DNA of 63,440 nucleotides, the filler included, from Stramenopiles sp. TOSAG23-3 (taxonomy: Eukaryota), in the NCBI GenBank assembly GCA_900128585.1. It is 20 parts of 20 records of this genome, joined end to end, with 100 filler letters (N's around TTAATTAATTAA, not from the genome) between each part and the next. Parts side by side here need not be neighbours in the genome. Positions count along the whole stretch, not along the records: positions 9,573 to 12,661 come from LT644423.1; positions 12,762 to 15,850 come from LT644424.1; positions 15,951 to 19,037 come from LT644425.1; positions 19,138 to 22,223 come from LT644426.1; 16 more parts are not named here. One strand, written 5' to 3'. The stretch's first letter is position 1. The number at the start of each line of letters is the position of its first letter. Position numbers and translations under genes: made by a program. This document shows positions 9,767 to 19,216 of the stretch, in pieces. The notes under the pieces are model-generated. The model ran no database searches and was not told where the DNA came from. It saw only the letters and a program-made list of their open reading frames with translations.

Positions 9767-11695
9767 ATGAGTATGTCTCTGTCGGAGTATAAAAGCAGTT
9801 CGGATCAATATAGGCTTGGTTCGATGTTTCAAGCACTAGCTGTGGAAGAAGACACTTCCGTCGCCACGAGCAAAAAGACTACAGAGAGCACTGACTTTCA
9901 AAGACTGTTGCGAGATACACACGATTTGATAGAGGTAACGGAATGTGACGACTTAGATATCGACACTATGCGGCAGAGACTGGCTAAAGCGCAATTTGAT
10001 TCTGTTCTGGTGATCGATAAACTAGTGAACTGGCAAGATACAACCTCGGGTGACGATTCCGAGCACCTCGAAGTATCTGTAGAGGACAAGCTGGAATATT
10101 TGAGTCCCAAAAAGTTCAAAGCGAGGGGCTGCCCAGAGTTTGTCCTGTATGAACAGTGGGAATTGGAGGAAAGAAAATTGAAAGAGAAAGCCAAGCTATT
10201 GAGAGATAGAAAGGCCAAGGTATCAGCAGAGAACAAAGGAGAGAAAGGTGCGGATTCGGATGAAAATAGGCAACAAAAACGAAGGCCAAAGCGTAAAAAG
10301 CCTGCGAGGCCCCGTATGGTCCAAATGTGTGCGGACGCCATGGACCCTTGGGAAAGAATGGCGTGGAGGGAAAAACGGAGAAGACAGCGGTTGATAAATA
10401 AGAAATATGGCCTCAAAACAGGCCATAAACAAAAACGAACACGGCCCCCGGTTCAGTCCTTGAAACCGCCAACATTGTTGGATGACTTGCAAAAGCAAAA
10501 CGGCACGAAGGAACCGACGCCGGCCCCAAAAGAGTTTGTTTCGGCTGTGGAAAAGGTAATGGCAAAAACAAATAAAGCCTGGGCGCCGAAACTAGAAACA
10601 TTATTCCGGGGATCGGTTGAATCGGAAATGTCACATAACCAATTTATCGATTGCTTAATGGAATTGCAGGTTGAGTTGACGGCCAACGAAATATTGGCGT
10701 GTTACAACCATTTGGACCTTGACCACCATGGCCACATCATTAAAGACCAACCCATGTTACGGGTGGACAAACACAACAATGAAAAGCGAGTTTCTCTGCA
10801 GCGAAGGATTAACAAGAGCAAATCGCAAAGGTCTGTGTTTGCAAAACATTATTCTCACGCGGAGCGCGACGTAAAAGTGAGAAATTATCGATCGAAAATG
10901 AACAAGGTAAATATTTTTCGTGTAAAGGAGTTGGAAGGCAGAATTGATATGCTCGAGGGAGCGGGAAAAATATATCAAAATTTTAGAAAAGCAATGGAAA
11001 AGGCTCGGGAAGCTTTCAGATACTCGCCGAGATTTGGGAATGACATCAAGTCGTTCCTGAACAAGTTTGATTACGACAATGATGGTACAATTGGACAGCA
11101 CGAATTTGTGAGTGCTATGGAGAGTATAAACGCGGGACTAAGCGATGAAGAAGCGCGTGCATGTTTTGCATTCCTTGACCCTGAAGGCCTCGGCGAAATA
11201 GACTACCACGATTTTGTTTATATTTACTACAACCGCCGCAGTATCACCCACAAGGCGTTGGCGCACAACGGTAACAGAAACACGCATTACCCTATTTCCC
11301 CAGAGGGGAATAGGAAAGGCACGCACGCGCACAGGGCAGAACTGAAGGAGGGGCTTTCTGTTCGTCGAGACCAATTAATGGCTGTGTACATGGACACCAC
11401 AGAAGAAGACTCGACATTAGCAAAATTTCATTTGTGCATGAAACACATACAAGACGAAGTGAAGAAAAACGGAGACGACATTGCTAATGTCTTTCGATCT
11501 CTTGACACCGACAATGATGGATCCATAACGAGGGAGGAATTCTTGACAGGGCTGGAGCAGGTAGGTACAAAACTTTCTGATGAGGATTTACATACTGTCT
11601 TTGATACTCTTGACCCGTCCGGGGACAACCAAATATCCCTCGTCGAGTTTGAGTTCATGTACTTCAACCGACGCCGAGCCGAGGAACACTTTTGA
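9767..11695 (+). CDS. Multi-EF-hand calcium-binding protein
   Basis: EF loops DYDNDGTIGQHE, DPEGLGEIDYHD, DTDNDGSITREE and DPSGDNQISLVE. Confidence 0.85.
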   Translation: MSMSLSEYKSSSDQYRLGSMFQALAVEEDTSVATSKKTTESTDFQRLLRDTHDLIEVTECDDLDIDTMRQRLAKAQFDSVLVIDKLVNWQDTTSGDDSEHLEVSVEDKLEYLSPKKFKARGCPEFVLYEQWELEERKLKEKAKLLRDRKAKVSAENKGEKGADSDENRQQKRRPKRKKPARPRMVQMCADAMDPWERMAWREKRRRQRLINKKYGLKTGHKQKRTRPPVQSLKPPTLLDDLQKQNGTKEPTPAPKEFVSAVEKVMAKTNKAWAPKLETLFRGSVESEMSHNQFIDCLMELQVELTANEILACYNHLDLDHHGHIIKDQPMLRVDKHNNEKRVSLQRRINKSKSQRSVFAKHYSHAERDVKVRNYRSKMNKVNIFRVKELEGRIDMLEGAGKIYQNFRKAMEKAREAFRYSPRFGNDIKSFLNKFDYDNDGTIGQHEFVSAMESINAGLSDEEARACFAFLDPEGLGEIDYHDFVYIYYNRRSITHKALAHNGNRNTHYPISPEGNRKGTHAHRAELKEGLSVRRDQLMAVYMDTTEEDSTLAKFHLCMKHIQDEVKKNGDDIANVFRSLDTDNDGSITREEFLTGLEQVGTKLSDEDLHTVFDTLDPSGDNQISLVEFEFMYFNRRRAEEHF

Positions 11696-12013
11696 AGCGG
11701 GTGTTAGTGTGTCACCTACTCTTAATCTCGAATTACACTCAGCAGTGTTTTTTGTAAAAAAATAAATTGTTTTTACTCCAGAGAGGAGATGAATGAAAGC
11801 AGAGCGGAAGAAGCATTTTTGGTTCTTGTTAAAGTTTTTAGTTAAAGAAAATATTAGAGTTAAGATGCGTACTTTACAGTTATAATCCCGCCAACACCGT
11901 GTGCCACAACAACCTAAGAAAAAATTCTTGTGTGTCAATTTTTTTTTACGTAATAATCAATTTGTTGCCTCTCTTTACTGAACAAGTTACGAACCCGCGC
12001 GTCCGTTTGTAAC

Positions 12014-12661
12014 TCAACGACTCAAAACTGAGCTGGACTTGAACGTTCTATGCGTCCATTTATCTAACAGGCCCATCACTGTGAACACGCCGCCAACAAT
12101 AGCGCAGAGACTTGTCAGAAATGTCGAGAAGGAGCTCGATTGCTCGTCTATACGCACCCGTATGGGGGATATGTCGTAGTAAAAAAATATTCCGGGCAGC
12201 CCTTTTGATGTGATGGAGGTGATTGGCCGAAAGTGTTGCGTAGCAGAATATTGGTTGGTGTCCACAAGCTTTCCGCTGCGGTACTTGTATTCAGTCGGGA
12301 CGACTTTTGTGTAGTACTGGTACATCCCAGTGCCCGTCTTCAACGTCTTCGACGCTCCATCCAACGGATTTTTATGGCCGGGGTAACTGTCCCCAAACGA
12401 CAGCTTTTTGATCGAATGCGAAACGTTCCACTTCTCCATGGTAAATGAGAGGACATTGGTGATCACCAAGTGCGCGTGCTGAAAGCTCTTCCCCGGAGCA
12501 AAGTGTATGTTGCCCGCAACTTTCGGAACTTCCAACCACCCTTCAATATTGCACCCTTCACCCTTTTGAGATTTTACGGAATCAACAAACCCTTCTTTTG
12601 CACACTGCTCGATATCGTCCAGTACGCTGAATGCCCAACCTTTCTTTCTATATGCTTCTCG
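12014..12661 (-). CDS. ERGIC3: ERGIC3/Erv46 ER-Golgi cargo receptor, C-terminal part (5'-partial)
   Basis: Motifs REAYRKKGWAF, EGCNIEG.LEV.KVAGNIHFAPGKSF, YQYYTKVVPT, LPGIFFYYDISPI and LCAIVGGVFTV. Confidence 0.92.
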   Translation of the reverse strand, partial: REAYRKKGWAFSVLDDIEQCAKEGFVDSVKSQKGEGCNIEGWLEVPKVAGNIHFAPGKSFQHAHLVITNVLSFTMEKWNVSHSIKKLSFGDSYPGHKNPLDGASKTLKTGTGMYQYYTKVVPTEYKYRSGKLVDTNQYSATQHFRPITSITSKGLPGIFFYYDISPIRVRIDEQSSSFSTFLTSLCAIVGGVFTVMGLLDKWTHRTFKSSSVLSR

Positions 12662-12761
12662 NNNNNNNNNNNNNNNNNNNNNNNNNNNNNNNNNNNNNNN
12701 NNNNNTTAATTAATTAANNNNNNNNNNNNNNNNNNNNNNNNNNNNNNNNNNNNNNNNNNNN

Positions 12762-13799
12762 TTTGCAATTATGGATTCTGTGTCGCCGTACGTGTTTCGC
12801 ACGATAGGATTTTCAATCAAGAAAAAAATTAAGAACATTCGGGACGTGTTGGAGACGGCCGGTGCGGAGAAGATGCTTGCGGACCCCTTGGTGCTGGTCG
12901 CTACTCATGAGGTGCTGGCGTCCGACGACAGATCGGAAGTTAAGGAGATGACTGCGCGGAAGGCGGAAGCCGAAAAGATATTGTGCGAGCGCTACAGCAA
13001 CCCGAAATTGTCGGCGGACGACGTTCGCCTCTGCTTGGCTTCCATTGCTGACAACAATTCCTTTTTGCGCTCCAATCGTGACCCAGTGGAACGGATGATA
13101 TTTTATCTCAAGTCAACGTTTTCGCCCGAGACGCATACCCCCGGACATTCGCTGCAAATAAGGCACGGACGCGGGGGGTCTAAGCTATCGCACGATCACA
13201 AGACGCAATATTATTTTTGTTTGCAAACCCTTACGCTGTGGAGCGAAATCATGAATCAGTTTTTTAAATTGTGGACGTTGGCAGAGCAGGACCTGTTGGA
13301 CGATTGCAACGGCTACCGGTTGATGAACACTGGCCAGGGTTTGCAGCGCTGCCAGTCTGCACCCCGCGTCGCTAGGGCTATGAGTCAGGTGCTTGCCACT
13401 GCAAAAGCGCGCGTAGGCCGATGGATTGGTCTGTCTGTGGTTCATTTGGGGGACCGGGATGTCCCGAACGCCCTCGTATTTATCGACAAGTACACCCAAG
13501 TACGGCGGATTTTGGCCCCGCTTGCTTCGACGTTGGACAAGCTGCCGAGTTTGATGGACAACGAAGGTGTCGGGCATTACGTTGAGAAAACGTTCGGCGA
13601 TGTTTCAAAACTGCGCAAAATGATTCTCGCCGATTTTTTCAAACACGGGTTTGACGGCTCCGGGGACGACGGTGGCAGCTGTATAGATGGCCGACTGACA
13701 AGCTGCTGGAACTGGTGCTCGAAGCTTGACAAGAAGCCGTACAAACCGGTCTTTCTGCTGACAGGGTTTTCTGGGTTTGACGGGGATTTTCGTGAATAG
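12762..13799 (+). CDS. UPF0652/DUF2009 family protein (5'-partial)
   Basis: Motifs WIGLSVVHLGDRDVPNALVFIDKYTQV and FDGSGDDGGSCIDGRLTSCWNWCS. Confidence 0.88.
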   Translation, partial: FAIMDSVSPYVFRTIGFSIKKKIKNIRDVLETAGAEKMLADPLVLVATHEVLASDDRSEVKEMTARKAEAEKILCERYSNPKLSADDVRLCLASIADNNSFLRSNRDPVERMIFYLKSTFSPETHTPGHSLQIRHGRGGSKLSHDHKTQYYFCLQTLTLWSEIMNQFFKLWTLAEQDLLDDCNGYRLMNTGQGLQRCQSAPRVARAMSQVLATAKARVGRWIGLSVVHLGDRDVPNALVFIDKYTQVRRILAPLASTLDKLPSLMDNEGVGHYVEKTFGDVSKLRKMILADFFKHGFDGSGDDGGSCIDGRLTSCWNWCSKLDKKPYKPVFLLTGFSGFDGDFRE

Positions 13800-13865
13800 C
13801 GGGAGATGCTTTTTTCAAGGGCTAAATTGTGGTCTTTATACAATAGTTTATATACAACGTCTCAT

Positions 13866-13899
13866 AAATAACAGCCAATAGAGTGTATTTTGTTTTTAT
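13866..13899 (-). promoter_or_regulatory. Variant 3'-end motif (ATAAAAACAAAATACACTCTATTGGCTGTTATTT)
   Basis: Sense orientation, downstream of the minus-strand ankyrin gene. Confidence 0.4.
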
Positions 13900-13935
13900 G
13901 GAGACACCTTCTTTTTTTCTTTAATTTTAATTACT

Positions 13936-13966
13936 ATAAAAATCAAGAAAAATTTGGCTGTTATTT
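13936..13966 (+). promoter_or_regulatory. Recurrent 3'-end motif (ATAAAAATCAAGAAAAATTTGGCTGTTATTT)
   Basis: About 137 nt after the DUF2009 stop in sense orientation. Confidence 0.45.
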
Positions 13967-14188
13967 TTTATAGAACTCTCATACAATCTTGCCGCCTCTT
14001 ACAAATTGTTAAACAGCATGTAATGAAACCTAGCGCTGGACCTTGCGTCCGGTCCGTTGGGGTCCCCGTACACATCTCTCCGTATGCTATAAACACGTCT
14101 GGGTGCAAACGAGTGAACATCCAACCTATTGCAGCGCCCCAGTCATGTCCGATTTATTAAATCGCCTTATGTATAAATACGACACAGG

Positions 14189-15601
14189 TCAAGGCTCTTC
14201 TTCTTCTTCTTCCTCCTCATCTTGACTTAGAGTAAGATAGTCGTCGTCATCAGTATCGTAGAAAGACGCATATCTGTTCATTTTCAAATCGCCAGCACCT
14301 TTTCCAACAAAGTTTCCCTTTTTATCGAATTGGTTTGATTTGCCACCAAATTTACGAATCAATTTTATCATATCACTTTTCAGTGGACTACGGTTGTAGT
14401 CCAGATAAGCACTGTCCAGCGGTGTACAGTCTTGGGCCAGCTTATTGATATGTTCGTACGAAAAATCTGTCGATGCCATGTGGTTTAAAAGGACATTTAC
14501 TGTGTCAAGATTTTTTACACTATGCAAAACAGCATAATGTAAATAGTTGTTCCCCCCTTCATGTATAAGACCAAGTAATTGGGGATTTTCTTTCAAAATT
14601 TTCCCCACCATTAGGGCATCTTCCTTCACCACAGCGTCCAACAAATGTGTGCGAAATTTAAATAAGTTGCCGTACTTAGTATTAACCTCATTCCCATCTT
14701 TATCAAACAAATTTGCTTCTCCTCCATGTTCACGTATTTCTTTAATGATATCGTCTTTGATTGCGCTGCTGAGGTATTTATATGCAACGTCTAACGGCGT
14801 GTAATACCTCGGCTTATCTTTCTCATCATCATCTTCTTTCTTTCCACCTCGCCTATACATCGGTCCAAAAGTACGAAAATAATCAAACTTCTTTTCTTTC
14901 ACACCATGAATTCTCGAAGAATAGGAAGGTAGCATGCAGACTCCGTTAACATACTTCAATGGCATGTGAATTAACAATAACTTAATAATCTCCGTATTGT
15001 TGCCATGCCACCTTACAGCATGATGAAGAATATTTTCCTGGGATCGGAGATCACAGCTGAAAGGTAACGGTTTACTAGGCATCAAAATGCTCGTAGGATT
15101 AACATGACCAGTCTCCAGTAAATATTGAACAACATTGGAGTGTTTATTTTTCACAGCTTCAAAGAGACCAGTAGTGTGTACGCTGCGCCATTGATTGCTA
15201 GTGTAACCAACTTGATTAACCATGGCTTCCAAACTTTTTCCAACCGCAGTAGCATTATGAAAGTTAACAAATGCCATTACGTCACTGATACGCCCCTGCG
15301 AACATGCGCATATAAACGGTGTCTTGCGATTGCGAAGAAAATCTCTCTCGTATTTATCGTACAATGGTTTCAAGACTTTCAACCACTGGTTTACGAGTTC
15401 ATTAATATGGCGTTGAACCGCATTGTTTTGATATTTGCTCGACAGTTGCTTTACAAACGAAGATTTTACTAAATTTACCACTGTTTTCAAGTTTAAATAT
15501 TTCAAAACGTTGCAAACAATACCCGATGATGTTTCTGTATCGCCTGGCAATTTCCAATCACCAACGAAGTGGTAGTGACAATTATTTGTCTCTGCAGACA
15601 T
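14189..15601 (-). CDS. Ankyrin-repeat protein with a duplicated module and acidic tail
   Basis: Ankyrin-like motifs TPFICAC, NILHHAV, TPLDVAY, NYLHYAV and TPLDSAY. Confidence 0.8.
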   Translation of the reverse strand: MSAETNNCHYHFVGDWKLPGDTETSSGIVCNVLKYLNLKTVVNLVKSSFVKQLSSKYQNNAVQRHINELVNQWLKVLKPLYDKYERDFLRNRKTPFICACSQGRISDVMAFVNFHNATAVGKSLEAMVNQVGYTSNQWRSVHTTGLFEAVKNKHSNVVQYLLETGHVNPTSILMPSKPLPFSCDLRSQENILHHAVRWHGNNTEIIKLLLIHMPLKYVNGVCMLPSYSSRIHGVKEKKFDYFRTFGPMYRRGGKKEDDDEKDKPRYYTPLDVAYKYLSSAIKDDIIKEIREHGGEANLFDKDGNEVNTKYGNLFKFRTHLLDAVVKEDALMVGKILKENPQLLGLIHEGGNNYLHYAVLHSVKNLDTVNVLLNHMASTDFSYEHINKLAQDCTPLDSAYLDYNRSPLKSDMIKLIRKFGGKSNQFDKKGNFVGKGAGDLKMNRYASFYDTDDDDYLTLSQDEEEEEEEEP

Positions 15602-15950
15602 GACAAAAATGCTAGCCCCTCACTACCTGCAAAATTATAAAACGATTGAAGTATAATATATGCCTCTGCCAAAGCTATAGAATTCTTAAATGTTCAGGCA
15701 ACACCTGTGACGTTATTCATTGTGTGTGTGACGTATTGCGTACAGATGTGTATCGATATAGATTGCATAAAGGTACGGATATTGATCGCGGTAAGCAACC
15801 GGAGACAAACAACACATACGAGGAAGTTCGAAAAAATATATAATAATAATNNNNNNNNNNNNNNNNNNNNNNNNNNNNNNNNNNNNNNNNNNNNTTAATT
15901 AATTAANNNNNNNNNNNNNNNNNNNNNNNNNNNNNNNNNNNNNNNNNNNN

Positions 15951-16437
15951 CTGATATACAAATTGTACAACTGTCGCCTCCTAGCGAACCCTTCGCCACC
16001 AGTAGTCGATCCGTACCCGCGTACATGCACCGAATTCCGCCGACCCACTGCTGCATCTTTCGGATGTCGTTAAAGACTAGCGTTATCATGTTGTCAGGCC
16101 GCACAGTTTTAAGACGAAGGGCGTATTCGTTCGTTGCAAGCCTCCCCCAAGCAATTTGGGAGTTAAGTAAACTATAAATCTTTGTGGGAGAAAGCTCTTC
16201 CTCCTCGTTACGACAACTATGCAGAGTCAGATCTGTGTACAAAACGATCCACCGACTGTGTATGCCCGCAAAACGCCTACCTAATTTTTTCACTGTTCCT
16301 CCAAGAATTCTTTGCTTTTTACGATTCTGGTACCCTTCAAGGGACAAGGTAAACGCATCCCCGCTCTCTGAAACACGAGACTCGGCCTCGCTCGGCTGCC
16401 GGGTGTACCCAGGACTTCTGTTGCTAGTATTTCCCAT
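15951..16437 (-). CDS. PH-domain protein with possible N-myristoylation (3'-partial)
   Basis: Starts MGNTS; PH-like GTVKKLGRRF...RWIVL and terminal helix MQQWVGGI. Confidence 0.6.
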
Positions 16438-17136
16438 GCGGTGCAACTTTGCTTTGGAACCTCTGCCTCAGTGTACTCTATCTAGGTAGATCTACAGGTT
16501 TGATCACGAGTGCACGTGTTTGTAATTTTTGAATTCAATTCCACTTTATGATTTCTTTCTTCATAACGGCTATCTTAAAATAACTCTTGGAATATTATTA
16601 GACTAATAAATAATAATAATAAAATCCCTATGATGTGGTATGATGTGTTGTTGGTGTGGTGTTGTCTGTCTTACCGTCGTGGCCATTATTTTATTAGTCG
16701 TCCTCGTATTCCTCGTATATTATAATATTAGAGAGGAGAGTGTGTAGTAATTAATAGTACTATTTTATTATTATTTTTTTATACAACAAAAAACATTTAT
16801 AAAAATATTAATAATAAAAAAATTATATAAAATATTACTGTATTATAATATTTTAATTATTTTTTTATTATTTATTATTATTTAATAAAATGAACAACGA
16901 GAAGAATGGAATAATTTTTTTTTGAAACATGTTAGTATATCAAATAGGGACAGTCTATCTTCTTCATATTGCGTACATTTATAATTGCAATTAAGAATAC
17001 ATGCGCATGTACAGGTGATTCTGTCGGCAACACCTTTCTACTTGAAAGAGGTTGGTTTTATTTTAGACGTAAGAAAACTGTTAAATTATTCCAGGAAGGG
17101 CCTCCGTGGACTTTCGTGTTTGTGCGTGGACTGATT

Positions 17137-18684
17137 ATGTCCAAGACCAACCGGCCGAAGGGAATCGCCGCTGCGTCTGATACGCAAAGTGTCGATGGAG
17201 CGGAAGGTGATCGAAAGAAATTTTATCACGAGACTGTGTTGGCTGTAGATAAAGACCAAACCGACGAGGAGCAAGATAGATTTGACATATTCCTGTTGTG
17301 GTTGAAAGAACATGGGGCATTGTTTCCTGGACAATACCTGAAGAAGTACGATGAAAACGTCCGCGGCGTCCACGCCTCCAGGGCTATCGCCCCAGACTCG
17401 CAGATATCTACAATCCCTCTGAATCTGCTTATTCACGAAGGCATGGGGCAAGGGACGGACGTAGGAAGGCGTGTTCATGCGGCAGAGCACGAGATCATCG
17501 TTCCCAACCACACACAAGTCATTATATACCTATTAGAAACTGGCGCGCGCTACTGGGCACCGAAGCCAGGCCGAAAGCCGTGCACGAGCTTTTTCAAGCC
17601 GTACTACGACATTCTGCCGCGCACCTTTGAATCCTTTCCCATATTTTGGAGCGAAGAGGAACTGTCGTGGCTAGAGGGCTCTGCCCTCTCACAGCAAATT
17701 AAGGAACGCAAAGAAAACATACTGTTTGACTACTACGAGGTGTGCAGGATATGTCCTGATTTCGGGGAGCGCTTCAACGAGGATGACTTTTTGTGGTGTC
17801 GAACGGCCGTCGGGAGTCGTAATTTTGGAATCACCGTCAACGGGGTGAAACGCACGACCATGGTGCCATGGGCCGACATGCTTAACCACTTCCGGCCTCG
17901 GGAGACGTCATGGACGTTCTCGAACGAGCAGCAAGCATTCATAATGACGTCGTTGGGAGAATTAAAGAAAGGACAGCAAATCATGGATAGTTATGGGAAG
18001 AAGTGCAATAGTAAATTTTTTATGCACTACGGTTTCGCAGTAGAGAACAACCGAGAAAGCGACGGCCGGTGCATGAACGCAGTGTTGGTAGGCGCCGAGC
18101 TTCTCCCCGCTGCGGTAGACGAGTACTTTTTTGAGCAGAGAATGCAATTAGTGCATGCCCCGGAAATAGCGGTAAGGATAACGATGAACCATGACGATGC
18201 AGGGACCGCAGAAATGCTTTCCTTTTGCAGGGTGGCTGTGGCCGACCAGGAAGAGCTGGAAGAAATTTTCAACCGAGGCCACGCGCATTATCCAATTGCC
18301 GAGCACCCCGTCGAGCCGGTCAGCCCTAGGAACGAAGTTGCGTCTTTGGCCTTTTTGGCCCGGGAGTGCCGGTCAATTCTGTGCGAGTACCCAACGAGTT
18401 TGAAAGAAGACCTCGATATGTTGGAGAATGGCAACATCCCCCCATTCAGCAATCGCCGCAATGCGTTGATAGTCGTCAAAAGTGAAAAGGAAGTGCTTTG
18501 GCATTACATACGGTTGTGTGAATTGGTGGCGCCGCTATTGGCCAAGAGCCCGAACGCCAAGGATTTGCTGGCACATGTAAATAAAAATCACGAAGATGAT
18601 ACCGATGACATAGATAGGTACATGCAGCACATGGCGCACAAATTAGAACAAATCGATTCGACTAATGTAACAGAAGATTATTGA
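17137..18684 (+). CDS. SET-domain protein methyltransferase, SETD3/Rubisco-LSMT type
   Basis: Motifs RGVHA, SFFKPYYDILP, SRNFG, MVPWADMLNH and DSYGKKCNSKFFMHYGF, plus a C-terminal YPTSLKED substrate-binding domain. First ATG is at 17137. Confidence 0.9.
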   Translation: MSKTNRPKGIAAASDTQSVDGAEGDRKKFYHETVLAVDKDQTDEEQDRFDIFLLWLKEHGALFPGQYLKKYDENVRGVHASRAIAPDSQISTIPLNLLIHEGMGQGTDVGRRVHAAEHEIIVPNHTQVIIYLLETGARYWAPKPGRKPCTSFFKPYYDILPRTFESFPIFWSEEELSWLEGSALSQQIKERKENILFDYYEVCRICPDFGERFNEDDFLWCRTAVGSRNFGITVNGVKRTTMVPWADMLNHFRPRETSWTFSNEQQAFIMTSLGELKKGQQIMDSYGKKCNSKFFMHYGFAVENNRESDGRCMNAVLVGAELLPAAVDEYFFEQRMQLVHAPEIAVRITMNHDDAGTAEMLSFCRVAVADQEELEEIFNRGHAHYPIAEHPVEPVSPRNEVASLAFLARECRSILCEYPTSLKEDLDMLENGNIPPFSNRRNALIVVKSEKEVLWHYIRLCELVAPLLAKSPNAKDLLAHVNKNHEDDTDDIDRYMQHMAHKLEQIDSTNVTEDY

Positions 18685-19137
18685 TTTTCATTATTATAAA
18701 AGACTCTCATTTTCATAATATATATCATTTCAATTATCATCTTGATGGATACGACGAGGACGTACCGGTATGCCAAGTGTAAGGTTGTACGGTACAGGTA
18801 GTACCAGGTACGGGTACCACCAGGTATAATGAAAATAGAATAGAAAAGTAGTAAATAAATATAATTTTTTTCTTAGTCGTCTTACAGTAGCCTACGTAGG
18901 CTATTGAGAAAAAATTGAATTTCATTATCGCCGCTGCTTATTTCATTCTTTTTTTTAGCTATTTCTACTACGGTACAGGTAAATATTAATACCAGGTATA
19001 AGTAGTAATCTGGTATTTAAAAAAATAATAATAATAANNNNNNNNNNNNNNNNNNNNNNNNNNNNNNNNNNNNNNNNNNNNTTAATTAATTAANNNNNNN
19101 NNNNNNNNNNNNNNNNNNNNNNNNNNNNNNNNNNNNN

Positions 19138-19216
19138 ACCTTGAAGCGATGCTCCCAAAACCATCGAGCCCCTCCACCGCTGCAGTGCCACGGCCCATCC
19201 CCGTGTTCTTTCGTCA
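19138..19216. repeat. 79-bp inverted repeat, left copy at the contig start
   Basis: Exact reverse complement of 22145-22223. Confidence 0.95.

Noticed and set aside
16969-17136. Upstream extensions from TTG/GTG starts (also 31656, 38009, 44218, 47099, 49147)
   Set aside because: In a eukaryote the downstream ATG at the AT-to-GC transition is the more plausible start.
18760-18830. GGTAC/CAGGTA-rich stretch, and ACCTATTATACCT repeats at ~5768-5810
   Set aside because: Low-complexity slippage products typical of these spacers, with no consistent unit across loci.
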